DNA of 63,261 nt, counting the filler, from Trichomonas gallinae (lineage: Eukaryota): NCBI GenBank assembly GCA_008369845.1. It is 5 parts of 5 records of this genome, joined end to end, with 100 filler letters (N's around TTAATTAATTAA, not from the genome) between each part and the next. Parts side by side here need not be neighbours in the genome. Positions count along the whole stretch, not along the records: positions 32,116 to 43,153 come from MRSU01001332.1; positions 43,254 to 63,261 come from MRSU01001339.1; 3 more parts are not named here. One strand, given 5' to 3'. Shown here one piece after another: positions 32,116 through 43,559 of the stretch. The notes under the pieces were generated by a model. It was not told where the DNA came from. It did not search any database and was given only the letters and a program-made list of their open reading frames with translations. The stretch's first letter is position 1, and every line of letters begins with the position of its first letter. Both the position numbers and the translations under genes were made by a program.

Positions 32116-33665
32116 TCGTCATAAACTTTCGATGAATTCGGATAATGATTAATTAACTCGATCCATCTGTATTCTGTGTTCTGCGTCTCTTTGAAAAATG
32201 TGTAGAATGTCGAAACCTTTGTGGGAGTCTGTAAAAGGAAGCCTTTCATGAAATCTCTGCATTTCTTCGACATCTGCCTGACTTCGATAACTCTCTGCGA
32301 AAACTGCTGGCTTGAGGAAGACTGACGCATTGTCATGAGTCTCAGGATCGTGTAGATCAAGAATCTGTTTATAAAAGATAATTTAGCGGATTTGAAGAAA
32401 TGAGAGTATCCCATACTAACAATCCTGTTGAATGATGGAATAAATGCGCCGTAGATAAGCAAAAGCCTTGTTGTTTCGAAATCATTATATCTTTCGAAGC
32501 CGTATTTGAAAATAATGTTATTAAGGAATATTTCATGAGCGCTTTCGACCGAAACAATAAGGAATTTGTAGAATTTCGAACGACTTGCATCTAAATATAA
32601 ATTATCGAGCTCATCTGACATTACAGGCAGTGAATCTCTCTCAGGTGGAAGCTCATTCAGCAGTTTCTTGATCTTATTCTTCATTCCTTTGTAAGATATG
32701 AAATAAATTATTATAGAAATAACAAGGAAAACAGGAAATGCGATGAGTGGTACTGCATCGGAAATCTGATAGAATCCCTGGATGACTTGAACGATATTCA
32801 CAATTGCGAGAGAAGTGTAGATGCCCGCAAAGATCGGATTTGCTTTGAAGTCGAAATAAGGCAAAATAGACATTCTATAGGCGAAGTATATGAAAACAGA
32901 GGCTTCTGCTATACAACCAATGATCGAGGCCCACTTCGGGAAGAGTTCTAAAAGATATGAGATTATTACGAAAATAAACGCAACCAAGAAAAAGTCAGTG
33001 TGATACTTGCTCTGTATTGTTGTGAATGGACCACGTGCAAGGTACGGAGAACCAGTAAGCAATGAAAAATGGAAGTAATACATGATGAAAAGGGTTACAG
33101 CGATGATTGCGGATACTACAGACAGAAGAACGTCAATAAATGGCAACTCTTTGCGTAAAACTCCAATTAAGAACTGACCAGCGAAATAAATACTTGGTAA
33201 AATGAAACAAGGCACAACTACATCGAAGTAGCACCTGTAGATATACAGAAGCGGCTTGTTAAACGAGATCGTGAGCTTGTATTGGATGAATAATCCGAAA
33301 AATATCAACAATGATAAGGCGAAGACGCCAATTACTATGTAAAATCCGATGAAATTGATGTCATACTGATTTGTTGCACTATTTAAGAGAAAATATTCAT
33401 ATAAAAATCTGATGATTTTATCATCAACGGAATTTGATGTCAAAACAAGCAATTTCCTGCCCCACAATGACTGTGTGAAGACCTGTACCGTGAAAATGAT
33501 GAGAGTAAGGAAGTTAAATAGTGCCGGAATATGAATTAATTTTACCAATTGTTCGTATACAGGGAATAGGGCATCTAAAACGCCATATGTACCCTCGATT
33601 AAGTCCTTACCTGCTGCAGTTGACTGTGATACTGACTGACTGCGCGAGATAACGGATGCATCCAT
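32116..33665 (-). CDS. Multi-pass membrane protein, probable N-terminal part of a trichomonad transmembrane adenylate/guanylate cyclase (3' partial)
   Basis: Ser-rich N-terminus, about 9-10 TM helices, then MRQSSSS and W.E.I.HYPNS motifs of this expanded family; the catalytic domain is not visible because the ORF enters the gap. Confidence 0.65.
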
Positions 33666-35471
33666 GTAAAATCATGAAAAAATCGGAATAAAATTTTAAA
33701 TTTTTTAAAAGCCTATTTCTATTATTTTGCTTATTTATAAAAAAATCCGTTTTTTTAATTTTTGAGAGGAAAAAATTATTCTTGGAAATATTATATATAT
33801 AAGTGATTTATACATGAATTATGAGTTTGAAAAAATTTGTATAGAAATTAAAATAGTTGATATTATAGTATTTGTTATTATTTGTCTGTTGTGATGTTTT
33901 CCACTTTTGAATATAAATTTTTTATACTCGTTTTTAATTTGCTGCCTTTGTGTTATATATCATAAATCAATCATTTTTAGCAATTGAAGCAATTATCAAA
34001 AATTGAGTCTATCTACGCTATAATCATTGAAAAGTTTTATAATTGGTTTGAGGACAATTGATTGCTTATATATAGATATATATAATTTTTATTTCGAGTA
34101 TAAATTACGCAACAGTCACAATTTTTTATATTTTGTTTGATATTTAGGACTATTTGCCTATATATAATGTGTTTGTAATATTAAATAGATGAAAATACAT
34201 TTTAAATTCCTTGGCAAATCGTTTTTTTTTTTTTTTTTTTGCTTTTGAGGACATTGTTTGCTTCGTGATAATGGACAAGCACTTTCATAAACAGAAGTTG
34301 AATCAAACACTGCTTGTAGAAACAAAAAAGCTATTTTTTTTTTTTTTTTTTTTGATTTTATTTTCCTTTTAGAACGCGCAATTTTTCCTTTCGAAAATTC
34401 AAGTATGTCCTTTTTAAATGCATTGTATGGCACTCATTTTCTGACTATAGCATAATTAGATCATCGCTGATTTGATTATGCAATGTTAATCATTGCATAT
34501 TATTGCTGCCTAGACTCAAAAATGCATTATGAAGATATAGATCGTATGAATGGTGATAAAATCTTTTTTCAGAATATTAAACACTAAGGTTTATGGTTTT
34601 ATATCAGGTTATTGTCCTATATATATACTCAAGGAACATTTTCTCTATTATCTATGGTATGCAATCGTTTATTATTTCTATTCTTAAATTTCGATGATTC
34701 CAAAAGTCGTTGAATTCGTCTGAAGACGAATAATATCAGCCGTTTTCTCATGACACTTAGCATAGACTTATATATCTCTATGCAATACTTTAATTTTTTG
34801 AAATTTTTTTATCGATTAAAGTGTTAATTTCATGATTCATATGCTAGTGTTATGTACAGATGCAAATTGAACTAGAATTTCAATTCCCAAGAAATGAATT
34901 TTAAAAAATTGAAATAAAATGTAAGATTATAACTGTTCTATGATAAATTCAACAGTACTAGTGTCTAATGTAATCGATCAATTGTCCACTATTCATTTAA
35001 ACTAAAATCTTTTTTTTTTTTTTTTTTACTTTTTTTACAAATATATTGCTGAATTGATGATGGATAATAGCATGACTATATTTTTAGGTTCTCAGCTCTA
35101 ACTAGAATCATTCAGGAAAAGTTCAAATAGAGCTTATTAATACTCAATCAAAACTAATAAAATATGAGGCAGAGACATTCAGTAGGCTTAGTTATATCTC
35201 CATCAAACATGCAATTTTACTGTCGTATTTTTCGGATAATGAGTCGTGAATAATTTAATTGTAAAATCTCAAAAAATATTCTATGAATCATAAATAAGAT
35301 AATACCATGAAAATATCATCATTTTTCCTCTTTTGCCAACACTTTTTATGGCAGTCTTTTAGTTTATTGATTTCCATTGATGATTTTGACTATATTATAT
35401 CAAGTTCCATTTAAAACTCTTATTAATTTGGAACAACGTCATATTTTATCTTTACTTTTTCATGTCGAAAA

Positions 35472-35507
35472 TTTTTGAAAGAGAGTCGTACGACTCTCTT
35501 TCAAAAA
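35472..35507. repeat. Perfect 36-bp palindrome
   Basis: TTTTTGAAAGAGAGTCGT|ACGACTCTCTTTCAAAAA, no spacer and no mismatch. Confidence 0.95.
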
Positions 35508-35552
35508 GTAAAAATAATATGAAATAGAATAATAAAACTTGTTTTTTTTCTC

Positions 35553-35634
35553 ACAATGTTATACAACAATTAAATGTACAACAATTATACAATTACACAA
35601 CAATGTTATACGACAATTAAATGTACAACAATTA
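35553..35634 (+). repeat. 35-bp direct duplication
   Basis: ACAATGTTATAC(A/G)ACAATTAAATGTACAACAATTA at 35553 and 35600. Confidence 0.9.
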
Positions 35635-35808
35635 GGTACAGAATTTTCAAGCAGAGAAAATTGACGTAAATTTAAAATTACAAAACTTTTTCTTTTTTTT
35701 TTTTTTTTTCACAGAAACAATGATTTAATTCCCATAACGATGACTCTCACAAAATAACAAATGCATCAGAATTTTCAATAAGTGAAAAATGTCGTAAATA
35801 TCATTAAA

Positions 35809-36882
35809 ATGTTTCCATCCTTACTCATGACGATGCTTAAATCAGCTCCTAACACGAGAGCTATAAATAGATATGATGATGAAGATGATTTTTTGCCTGG
35901 CTGTACTGGAGTTCTAAAACCCGAAACGATGCCTAATGGTTATAAAATCAGCACAGTAAAGATTGAACCAAATAAGTGTGTCTATTTTGCACACATGCCG
36001 GCACATATTCTTCTTTTAGGAAGTGATTCAAACTATACCGCTTCAATTTACCAAGTGAATGACGGATTTCCCAAATTCAATAGATCAGTTGAGAACCCAC
36101 TTTTTATGAATGTTTTTCCCTTAATACAAGGTGATATTCCATATACTTTTGTAAAAATCAACAGTACTTCGGACAAACCTGTATACCTTGATTATGCATT
36201 GACAATGTTGAATTCTTATTTCTACCCGGTTAGTCAATCAATAATCATATCAACAAAATTGAATGGAAAACATGAAATTCCAATATCAAACTTTAGTCCA
36301 CAAGAGTTCTTTCATTTCGAAGAAAATCAAGAAGAAGTACCTGGCAAAATTTTCAATATGGTACTTCTGCTTCACAAGAAAATGAGAAAGTTCAAATTTT
36401 CGACTACAGTTAAGTACGATGAAAAAATCAATCCATTCCCATTAACTACTGATATAATATATGACAAACTATTTACTGAAGGAGGGGAAACAAAAGAATT
36501 AGCCGAAGTAAAGTATTCGCCTGAAACCCAATGCCATGGTGCTGGAGCAACGCTTTATGTTCCAGACGGAAAAGGATCATTTACTGTCACTTTCGAAGAA
36601 GTTAAATCATCGAGCGCAGAAGAAGAAGAAATGCACATGCCAGAGTTTGAAATTACAGTTACAAAAGGCAAAGAAGTCGTTTTATTATCCGAAGTTGAAG
36701 TAAAGAAGAAAGATGATAAGCCAACTTCAGAAACTCCTTCAGGAAAAGGTCTCAAAGGAGGAGAAATCGCCGGAATTGTTATTGCCGTGATTGTTGTCAT
36801 TGGAGTAATAGTTGCAGTTTTTGTATGGCTTTTCGTTTTCAAGAAGACAGATTCTACAAAAACAGAAGAACAAGAGCCATAA
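35809..36882 (+). CDS. Lineage-specific type I membrane (surface) protein
   Basis: ATG at 35809 after Inr TCATTA; C-terminal GLKGGEIAGIVIAVIVVIGVIVAVFVWLFVFKK TM resembling that of 4365-5978. Confidence 0.85.
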   Translation: MFPSLLMTMLKSAPNTRAINRYDDEDDFLPGCTGVLKPETMPNGYKISTVKIEPNKCVYFAHMPAHILLLGSDSNYTASIYQVNDGFPKFNRSVENPLFMNVFPLIQGDIPYTFVKINSTSDKPVYLDYALTMLNSYFYPVSQSIIISTKLNGKHEIPISNFSPQEFFHFEENQEEVPGKIFNMVLLLHKKMRKFKFSTTVKYDEKINPFPLTTDIIYDKLFTEGGETKELAEVKYSPETQCHGAGATLYVPDGKGSFTVTFEEVKSSSAEEEEMHMPEFEITVTKGKEVVLLSEVEVKKKDDKPTSETPSGKGLKGGEIAGIVIAVIVVIGVIVAVFVWLFVFKKTDSTKTEEQEP

Positions 36883-37927
36883 ACAATAATTCTTAAAACA
36901 TTCTTTTTATTGAAAAAACTTAATATTTTAAATCATCACCACAAATCAATAAAGTAAATCATTTTAAATCATTACGACAATTTAGAATGCATACTTTTTG
37001 CTGTTATATGATAAATTCAACAGTATTATTGTGTAGTGCAATCAATCAAATCATCCATTATGAATATAATGAAATTAAATTAAATTTATTATTATTTGCA
37101 AGACAAGCTTTCAACCAGGCAATATGTATCTATGGATAGTATCATGCTTCCAACCACGTACACCATGCACAACGTTTCAATGCAATCTTAGCCGTCTTCA
37201 CCATTTTTTTGCTTTTACCCACAAAATTTTCAACTTTTAGGAGGTTTCATAGGCAATAAGATATGAAAGACTATTCAAATTTACTATTCAAACACTAGAT
37301 TTTCTCTTCTTTATCTTCCATACATGCATATGTGGCAAGGCCTCATATAAATATGATGTGGCGATGATTTAATTTTTACACCTTTTTTTTAATTCGTGTG
37401 CATATCAAATGAATTTGTCTGTCTGACATGTAAAGAGAAAATTGACATCTACATGACATAATTTTTAAAAGTTTCAAAAGTTGGGTTTATGGTGCTCTAA
37501 TATTTTGATAATTATATAAACAGTATAATAATCAAAGTCAATAAATAAGGAAAATTAAAAATATAGAATTTGACAGAAAAAATTAAAAATCTTGATGTAT
37601 ACAAAAATTGTCAAATAAGCAATAAAAGACGATTAGATTTGAGAATATATTCAAAATGACTCATCGCTATGATATTTATATTCTATACAATTTTATAAAG
37701 TAAATATCCTTTGTTTGGCTGATTTTATATAAATATTTGAATAAATTAAAGAAAGAATTTGTAAACTTCACAAACAGCACATCTGGGCAATTGTAAACAT
37801 CAGAAAAAATACAACCGGTCAATTGTAGACTTCGGAAAATAAATTTTACCTTAAACCTATCAAAAACACTCTAAAAGCATTTAATGAACACAATTCATGA
37901 ATTAGTGAAATGAAGTGAAAAATCTTA

Positions 37928-37937
37928 TCACTTCATT
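37928..37937 (+). promoter_or_regulatory. Tandem Inr TCACTTCATT of arginase-family gene
   Basis: Ends 7 nt before the ATG at 37945. Confidence 0.75.
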
Positions 37938-37944
37938 TTTAGCG

Positions 37945-38820
37945 ATGAGTGATAAACTTCGTCTTATCTTCCCTCAATGGCAAGGTGGTGAATCCAGCAA
38001 CATCTCCAGCTATGTCACAGAGCTCAGTCCAAAGGATGCCGCACAGGGCTACTTTTTGGGATCTAAACTTCTTCAATGGTTGGCACCGCCGTCAAATGTT
38101 CCAGTAGAGACAGTACCAGTCTCATTAGATGACTCTCCAGAGGCAATTGCAACCGAAAAGGGAATTTTTGCTTACAAAGCCAACATAACTCAGCTTCAGG
38201 CAGCATTAAACATCTTACAAATCAAGAAACCAAAGAGAATTGTTACTCTTGGTGGCGAGTGCTCAGTCAGTGTTGCTCCATTTACATATTTAGCATCACA
38301 GTATCCAGATGATGTTGCTATTCTCTGGATTGATGCCCATCCAGACTTAGGTGTTCCAGGAGATCCATACACAGGATTCCATGCTATGGCTCTAGCTCAA
38401 ACATTAGGACTTGGTGATCCAGAAATTACAGCAATGTTACCAAAGACAGTTGACCCTAAGAATGCCTTGTTTGTTGGCTTGAGATGCTTTATTGAACCAG
38501 CTGAAGAGCGCCGCAAAAAGCTCGGAATTCCATATATCACCTCTGAAGTTGCTAACAAGAGCTCTCAGGAAATTCTTGACTGGATTAAACAGACAGGAAA
38601 GTCAAAGATATTAATTCACTTCGATTTAGACGTTTTAGAACCAACTGAACTCAAGATTGCTGTTGGTTTTGACCCAGATGGCATCAGTCTTGATGCTATG
38701 GCCAGAATCATTGCTGATGTTGCCAAGAATTACGATCTCGTTGGTCTTACTGTTGCTGAGCCAATGCCTCGTGAAGTTATCAAGCTCCGTAACCTTCTTA
38801 ACACTCTTCCTCTTTTCTAA
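37945..38820 (+). CDS. Arginase/ureohydrolase-family protein, bacterial type
   Basis: LRLIFPQWQGG N-terminus, LGGECS, WIDAHPD, FHAM, VGLR, IHFDLDVL, GLTVAE. Confidence 0.88.
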   Translation: MSDKLRLIFPQWQGGESSNISSYVTELSPKDAAQGYFLGSKLLQWLAPPSNVPVETVPVSLDDSPEAIATEKGIFAYKANITQLQAALNILQIKKPKRIVTLGGECSVSVAPFTYLASQYPDDVAILWIDAHPDLGVPGDPYTGFHAMALAQTLGLGDPEITAMLPKTVDPKNALFVGLRCFIEPAEERRKKLGIPYITSEVANKSSQEILDWIKQTGKSKILIHFDLDVLEPTELKIAVGFDPDGISLDAMARIIADVAKNYDLVGLTVAEPMPREVIKLRNLLNTLPLF

Positions 38821-39683
38821 ATAGCATGTGATCATACTAAAATTGATTTTTGTAGCATTTTTTTTTATTTTTTTTCATGCCTGTATTAGAATAATTTTGA
38901 ATATAAATTATGATTTATAAGAGTAAGTATTGGTTGATTTTAATACTCTTATTTATAGAAATCGAATTTTTTTTTCGAAAATTAAATTTTGATAGGCAAT
39001 TCAATCAATACATTGTTGTTTCATAAACTATAATGAATATTACATCACAATCAAATAGATATATTCCAAAATATCCATTATGTGCAATAGATTTATTGCC
39101 ATTTCAAACGGCGTTTATAATTACAAGATAATTCTGATTTCATCTATAAATATGTAATATAGAGGTATTGTATATTGTCATTATATTGTTAATTTGCTTG
39201 ATTACAGAATGATTTTTGAAAAAAAAAATTGACCTGACTTCGTAGAATGCTCCCTTGTGAAGTACATATTAAGATTTTGCAACTGATCGTGCTAAAAAAT
39301 GCCAGTGAACAAGATTTCTCACAGGACAATTGAGAATCCTCAAAATTTGATGCTAACCACCAAGCAATTAGGGTAAGAGTCATCTAAAGCTCAAATACAT
39401 TATGAATAATTAAAAATCTTAAATTAAAAAATTTGAAGAATTTTATTTGAGAGAGAACTTTTTCAGATAAATTAAAAACGACCCAATCATTTGATTAGCA
39501 TTAAATAAATGATTTTTCATAAATATTTATTTGATTCAAAAAATTTTCAAAAGAGTTTAAATATAATATTTGATTGATTATAGTTCGAAAATAAATATTA
39601 TATTATAAAATTTTTGAGAGAAAAAAATTGTAAAGTTGCGACCAATTCATCTATCAAAAAATTATCCATTTCATTTTTCCAAG

Positions 39684-40580
39684 ATGCAGACACCAGTCAT
39701 ACTTAAGTACGCTTCAGCCGCTATCATCTTTGTCACCACGTTGATAGGGTGCGCTCTAGTGATGTGCGTGAAGAAAATCAAGTGGCAATGCAGACTTGAA
39801 GCGCTTGCCGCCGGAGTTTTCCTTGGTGCCGGTCTCGCACACTTGCTTGGCGAGTCTTTTGAAGAGTTAGGGGAATTAATTGACTATCCAGTAGCACCAG
39901 CAGTTTGTTTAGGTACATTTGCAATCCTTACATTTATTGAAATGTTCACCTTCGGTGAGCATGATGCCTCACAGTTCCATATTAATGTAAACAAGAACAC
40001 AGAGGAAGGACAGAAAGATCCAGAGAAGGCAGAAGCTGAAGATCTCGAAGAATTATCTAAAGATGAAAAGAAAGTTGTTATGTTTGGCGAAACATGCAAG
40101 ACTCTCTCACCACAAGCTATTGTCCTCTACATCATTATGCTCATTCACTCCATCACAGCGGGTTTGGCTCTCGGAATTTTGACAACAATCGGTGGAGTTG
40201 TTGCCATCTTATGCGCAATTGTCGGACACAAGCCGGTTGAAGCATTTGCCGTTGCTTTTGTCATCATCAAAGACAAGCCAACAAAAATTTTCTTCTGGAT
40301 TCTCATTATTTTCTACACTTTAATGACACCAGCAGGCATCATTGCTGGTATTCTTGTTACTGAATTCGTTCACAACGCGTGGGCACTCGGAGTTATTGGT
40401 GCATTCTCAGCTGGTACATTCTTATTCGTCGGGGCGCATGAGTGGGCACATATGGTTGCCGGAAAGGCCCAATTGACAACAAAAGAGAAGTTCTGGCACT
40501 ACGCTTTCTTCTTTATCGGAATCATCTGGATGCTCCTCATCGCCATTGTTGAAACAGTCAGCCCCGAAAAAGAAGAGTAA
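39684..40580 (+). CDS. ZIP family zinc/iron transporter
   Basis: About 8 TMs; AAGVFLGAGLAHLL, IHS...GLALG, HKPVE, TPAG, AGTFLFV; start MQTPV after Inr TCATTT. Confidence 0.92.
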   Translation: MQTPVILKYASAAIIFVTTLIGCALVMCVKKIKWQCRLEALAAGVFLGAGLAHLLGESFEELGELIDYPVAPAVCLGTFAILTFIEMFTFGEHDASQFHINVNKNTEEGQKDPEKAEAEDLEELSKDEKKVVMFGETCKTLSPQAIVLYIIMLIHSITAGLALGILTTIGGVVAILCAIVGHKPVEAFAVAFVIIKDKPTKIFFWILIIFYTLMTPAGIIAGILVTEFVHNAWALGVIGAFSAGTFLFVGAHEWAHMVAGKAQLTTKEKFWHYAFFFIGIIWMLLIAIVETVSPEKEE

Positions 40581-41378
40581 TTTCCCTTTTTTTCTTGTTT
40601 GTAGTAGTAAAATGTTTAGTTATATTAACTTTACTTTTTATATTTACTACTACAAACTTGAAAGTGTGATAATAATCTAGCGATTAAATCTTTATTTCCA
40701 CTTTTTATCACATTAATTATGTTTATGGCATTAATTGCTAATGAAATATAATTATTGAAAAAATATTTTTGTTTTCAAGACACAACAATGATAAAATATC
40801 TACAATAATGATCAATAATCATTATTGAGTGAATAAAATCCGAATAGAATTGATTTGAACTTTATTATCCAAAAAATTAGAAAATATGAAAGCATTATTG
40901 CTACTTTCAAGGTAGTTTATTATTTCTTATGCATTATATTTGCAATGTATTCAGGTATAAAGCTATTTAAAGTGAATTTTTTGGATTATTTCGATGTCAA
41001 TATTTTGAAACAAGGAGTTTAACATCTAGATACATCATAATATCCAAATGCTTAGTCATATTAATACATTTTTTAACTGTAATGTACATTCTAATGATTT
41101 TTTTCAATCATTTTGATAAATTTTAAATAGCAAGGATTAATCTTGTCCATACATGAAATATTGCATTAATATGAGTATATAGAAAGATCTACGCGATTTT
41201 TTGATCATCATCGAAGAACTATTCCTTATTTTTTTCATTTTATATTTTTGGAGGTTAATTACACTGTAAAACATAATTTGTCATTCCTATGGAGTGCTCA
41301 GCGTTATAAATAAATTTCAGAGTATAAAACAGAAAGAATTAATATTTACATAAAAATAATTTTGATTAGTTCATAATT

Positions 41379-41954
41379 TCATGGACCAAATAATGAATTA
41401 AGATCCAAATCAAAACATTCAATAACACCAGGGGCCTGAGAGACCATGTTATAAAATTCATCATAACAAAGTTGCGATTGGCCTCTTGATGAGTATTCTC
41501 TAACAAGTTGATCAGCAAGTTTGTCAACCTGTGCGTGATCAAGTTCAACAAGGTCATTTTTCTCTAATGAAATTTTGATAACTTTGAGAATCTCATCCTT
41601 AGAGACCATTCCACTGCCATCATCATCGTATGCCTTGAAACACATCTTTACCTTTTCATTGAATGGAGCATCTGGGTGGAAAATGTTCAATCCCTGAACA
41701 AATTCAAGAAAATTGAGTTTTCCTGAGCCATCTGTATCAATAATCTTGTAGATTATTTCTCCAATCTCATGGTTATCTATATCCAGAGCTTCGCAGAATA
41801 CTTTAGCGTCAATATTAAGGTTTGCATTTAATTTTCTAAACATTGTTGCCAACTTGAAGACTTGTCTCTGAGTAAAGAAGCTCTTTTCACTGATAGCTTC
41901 AGCATCAGCATCGCGAATGAATCCCTTCTGCACGGCGCTTTGGAAGATACCCAT
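41379..41954 (-). CDS. EF-hand calcium sensor, calcineurin B / CBL-like
   Basis: MGxxxS myristoylation start, FT..QV..L...F, DTDGSGKLNFLE and DDDGSGMVSKDE loops, FHPDAP..EK (CBL-like). Confidence 0.88.
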   Translation of the reverse strand: MGIFQSAVQKGFIRDADAEAISEKSFFTQRQVFKLATMFRKLNANLNIDAKVFCEALDIDNHEIGEIIYKIIDTDGSGKLNFLEFVQGLNIFHPDAPFNEKVKMCFKAYDDDGSGMVSKDEILKVIKISLEKNDLVELDHAQVDKLADQLVREYSSRGQSQLCYDEFYNMVSQAPGVIECFDLDLNSLFGP

Positions 41955-43153
41955 CTTGTGAAATGATTAATTTTTGAATGTGTCTGATAGTTGAAATTTC
42001 CATTTTGAAAATCTCGATAATTTCAAACGATGGAATGATTTCAGTCAATTTTAAAATATATATAAATAAGGTCATTTTTAAATAAGTTTACAAATATTAT
42101 TTTGAAAGCTAATTACCGGATTAAAAAAAATCAAAATGACAAAATAATGCTTATATGATATATTATAGAAAAGTCAGATTAATTTTTGAACTTCAGAATG
42201 AAGAATTAATCTAAAAGTCATATTTGATTAAAAAGTGTGATTAAATTTTTATATTTCATGACTTTTGTTTGGTATTTTGAGTGTTCATTGAATATTTTAA
42301 TTATCAATTTAAAAATAGTTTTTTATCACATATTAATGAATTACTTGCATTAATGCATATTTATTTTTATCATGTAGTTGCAAAAATATGAAATTTTTGA
42401 AATCAAATATGAATACACTTCTTTTTCTATTTTTTATTCGGATTTTCAAAAAAAATATAAAAAATAGCAAAAAAATAGTGTAAACAAATTATAAATATCT
42501 ATTATTATCATCTTTTCATATAATATTTACGAATTATAATAAAGACTAAACATCTTTTCAATTTATAAACAATTCACTTTTCGATGAACTATGATCCTTG
42601 TTCTCACAACAGATGCTGTCGCTAGAAATTCTTTGGCGCCATCTTCAATAAGTCAGTATCAACTCACGATGCTGCCCTTCTGAACATTCCTGATTTTAAG
42701 ATCAAGGCGGTGGGTCGTTTGGGAACGACAGTTTTTACGCGTTATACTGCAATTGATATGCGACAAGCTGCTAATGATATAACTCCTTTCATTTGAATAA
42801 AAAATTCTTTTTTTTTATAAAAAATTTGGAAAAAAAAAGTTGCGGAAAAAAAAAAAAAACAGTAAAAGAGGCGGTTGTTATTCAAATATTGTAAACTTCG
42901 TAACTTTTTCAAATTAATTGAGATATAGCTATATTTTATTCGATAATGTATTCGATATAGGTATCTGGACCTGAGTTCACGGAGTTATTCTTGAACTGCT
43001 TTTTTTCGAGAAGTAAGACCAAAGGTATGGAAACTAATAACCTTATTTTAACGGACGAATGTTGATGGTGCATAAGTCTTACACAGCACAGATAGTTGGC
43101 GACTAACAGTACACCAGTGAGAGTCATAAGGTAAAGTATTATTTTAACTAAGG

Positions 43154-43253
43154 NNNNNNNNNNNNNNNNNNNNNNNNNNNNNNNNNNNNNNNNNNNNTTA
43201 ATTAATTAANNNNNNNNNNNNNNNNNNNNNNNNNNNNNNNNNNNNNNNNNNNN
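43154..43253. other. Artificial contig-joining spacer
   Basis: N44-TTAATTAATTAA-N44. Confidence 0.97.
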
Positions 43254-43331
43254 GTTGAACCAAAATAGGTTAAAATCATGAAAAATAAAAACACGACGAT
43301 AGACCGCTATTTGGCCGGAGCGGACCCTTAA
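43254..43331 (-). mobile_element. DNA transposon right terminus with TTAA site (Kolobok-like), truncated by gap
   Basis: AGACCGCTATTTGGCCGGAGCGGACCC|TTAA; reverse complement matches 31943-31971. Confidence 0.7.
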
Positions 43332-43559
43332 AACATACAAATTTGGTAATCTTCTATTTTTGTTTCGATAACATCTATGAATTAATATAGATAATTTACC
43401 TATAATATATTGGATTTGAATCCTTTAAACATGTAGTTTTAATGAATATTTTTTAGAAATTTTCTAAAATCATGATTTTAGACTGTGAAAGTATCATAGA
43501 TGCAGGTTACTAAACACTAATATTTATAAAAACAATATACAAACAAAATAATATAAAAA

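Noticed and set aside
34158..34433. 91-aa Lys-rich ORF
   Set aside because: Produced by poly-T homopolymer tracts; non-ATG start
42600..42800. Possible degenerate ankyrin repeat (LNIPDFKIKAVGRLGTTVF)
   Set aside because: Single weak repeat with no continuous frame
14905..43035. Shared 15-mer AAAGGTATGGAAACT at 14905 and 43021, both near gaps
   Set aside because: No extension of similarity; matches of this length are expected by chance in AT-rich DNA of this size
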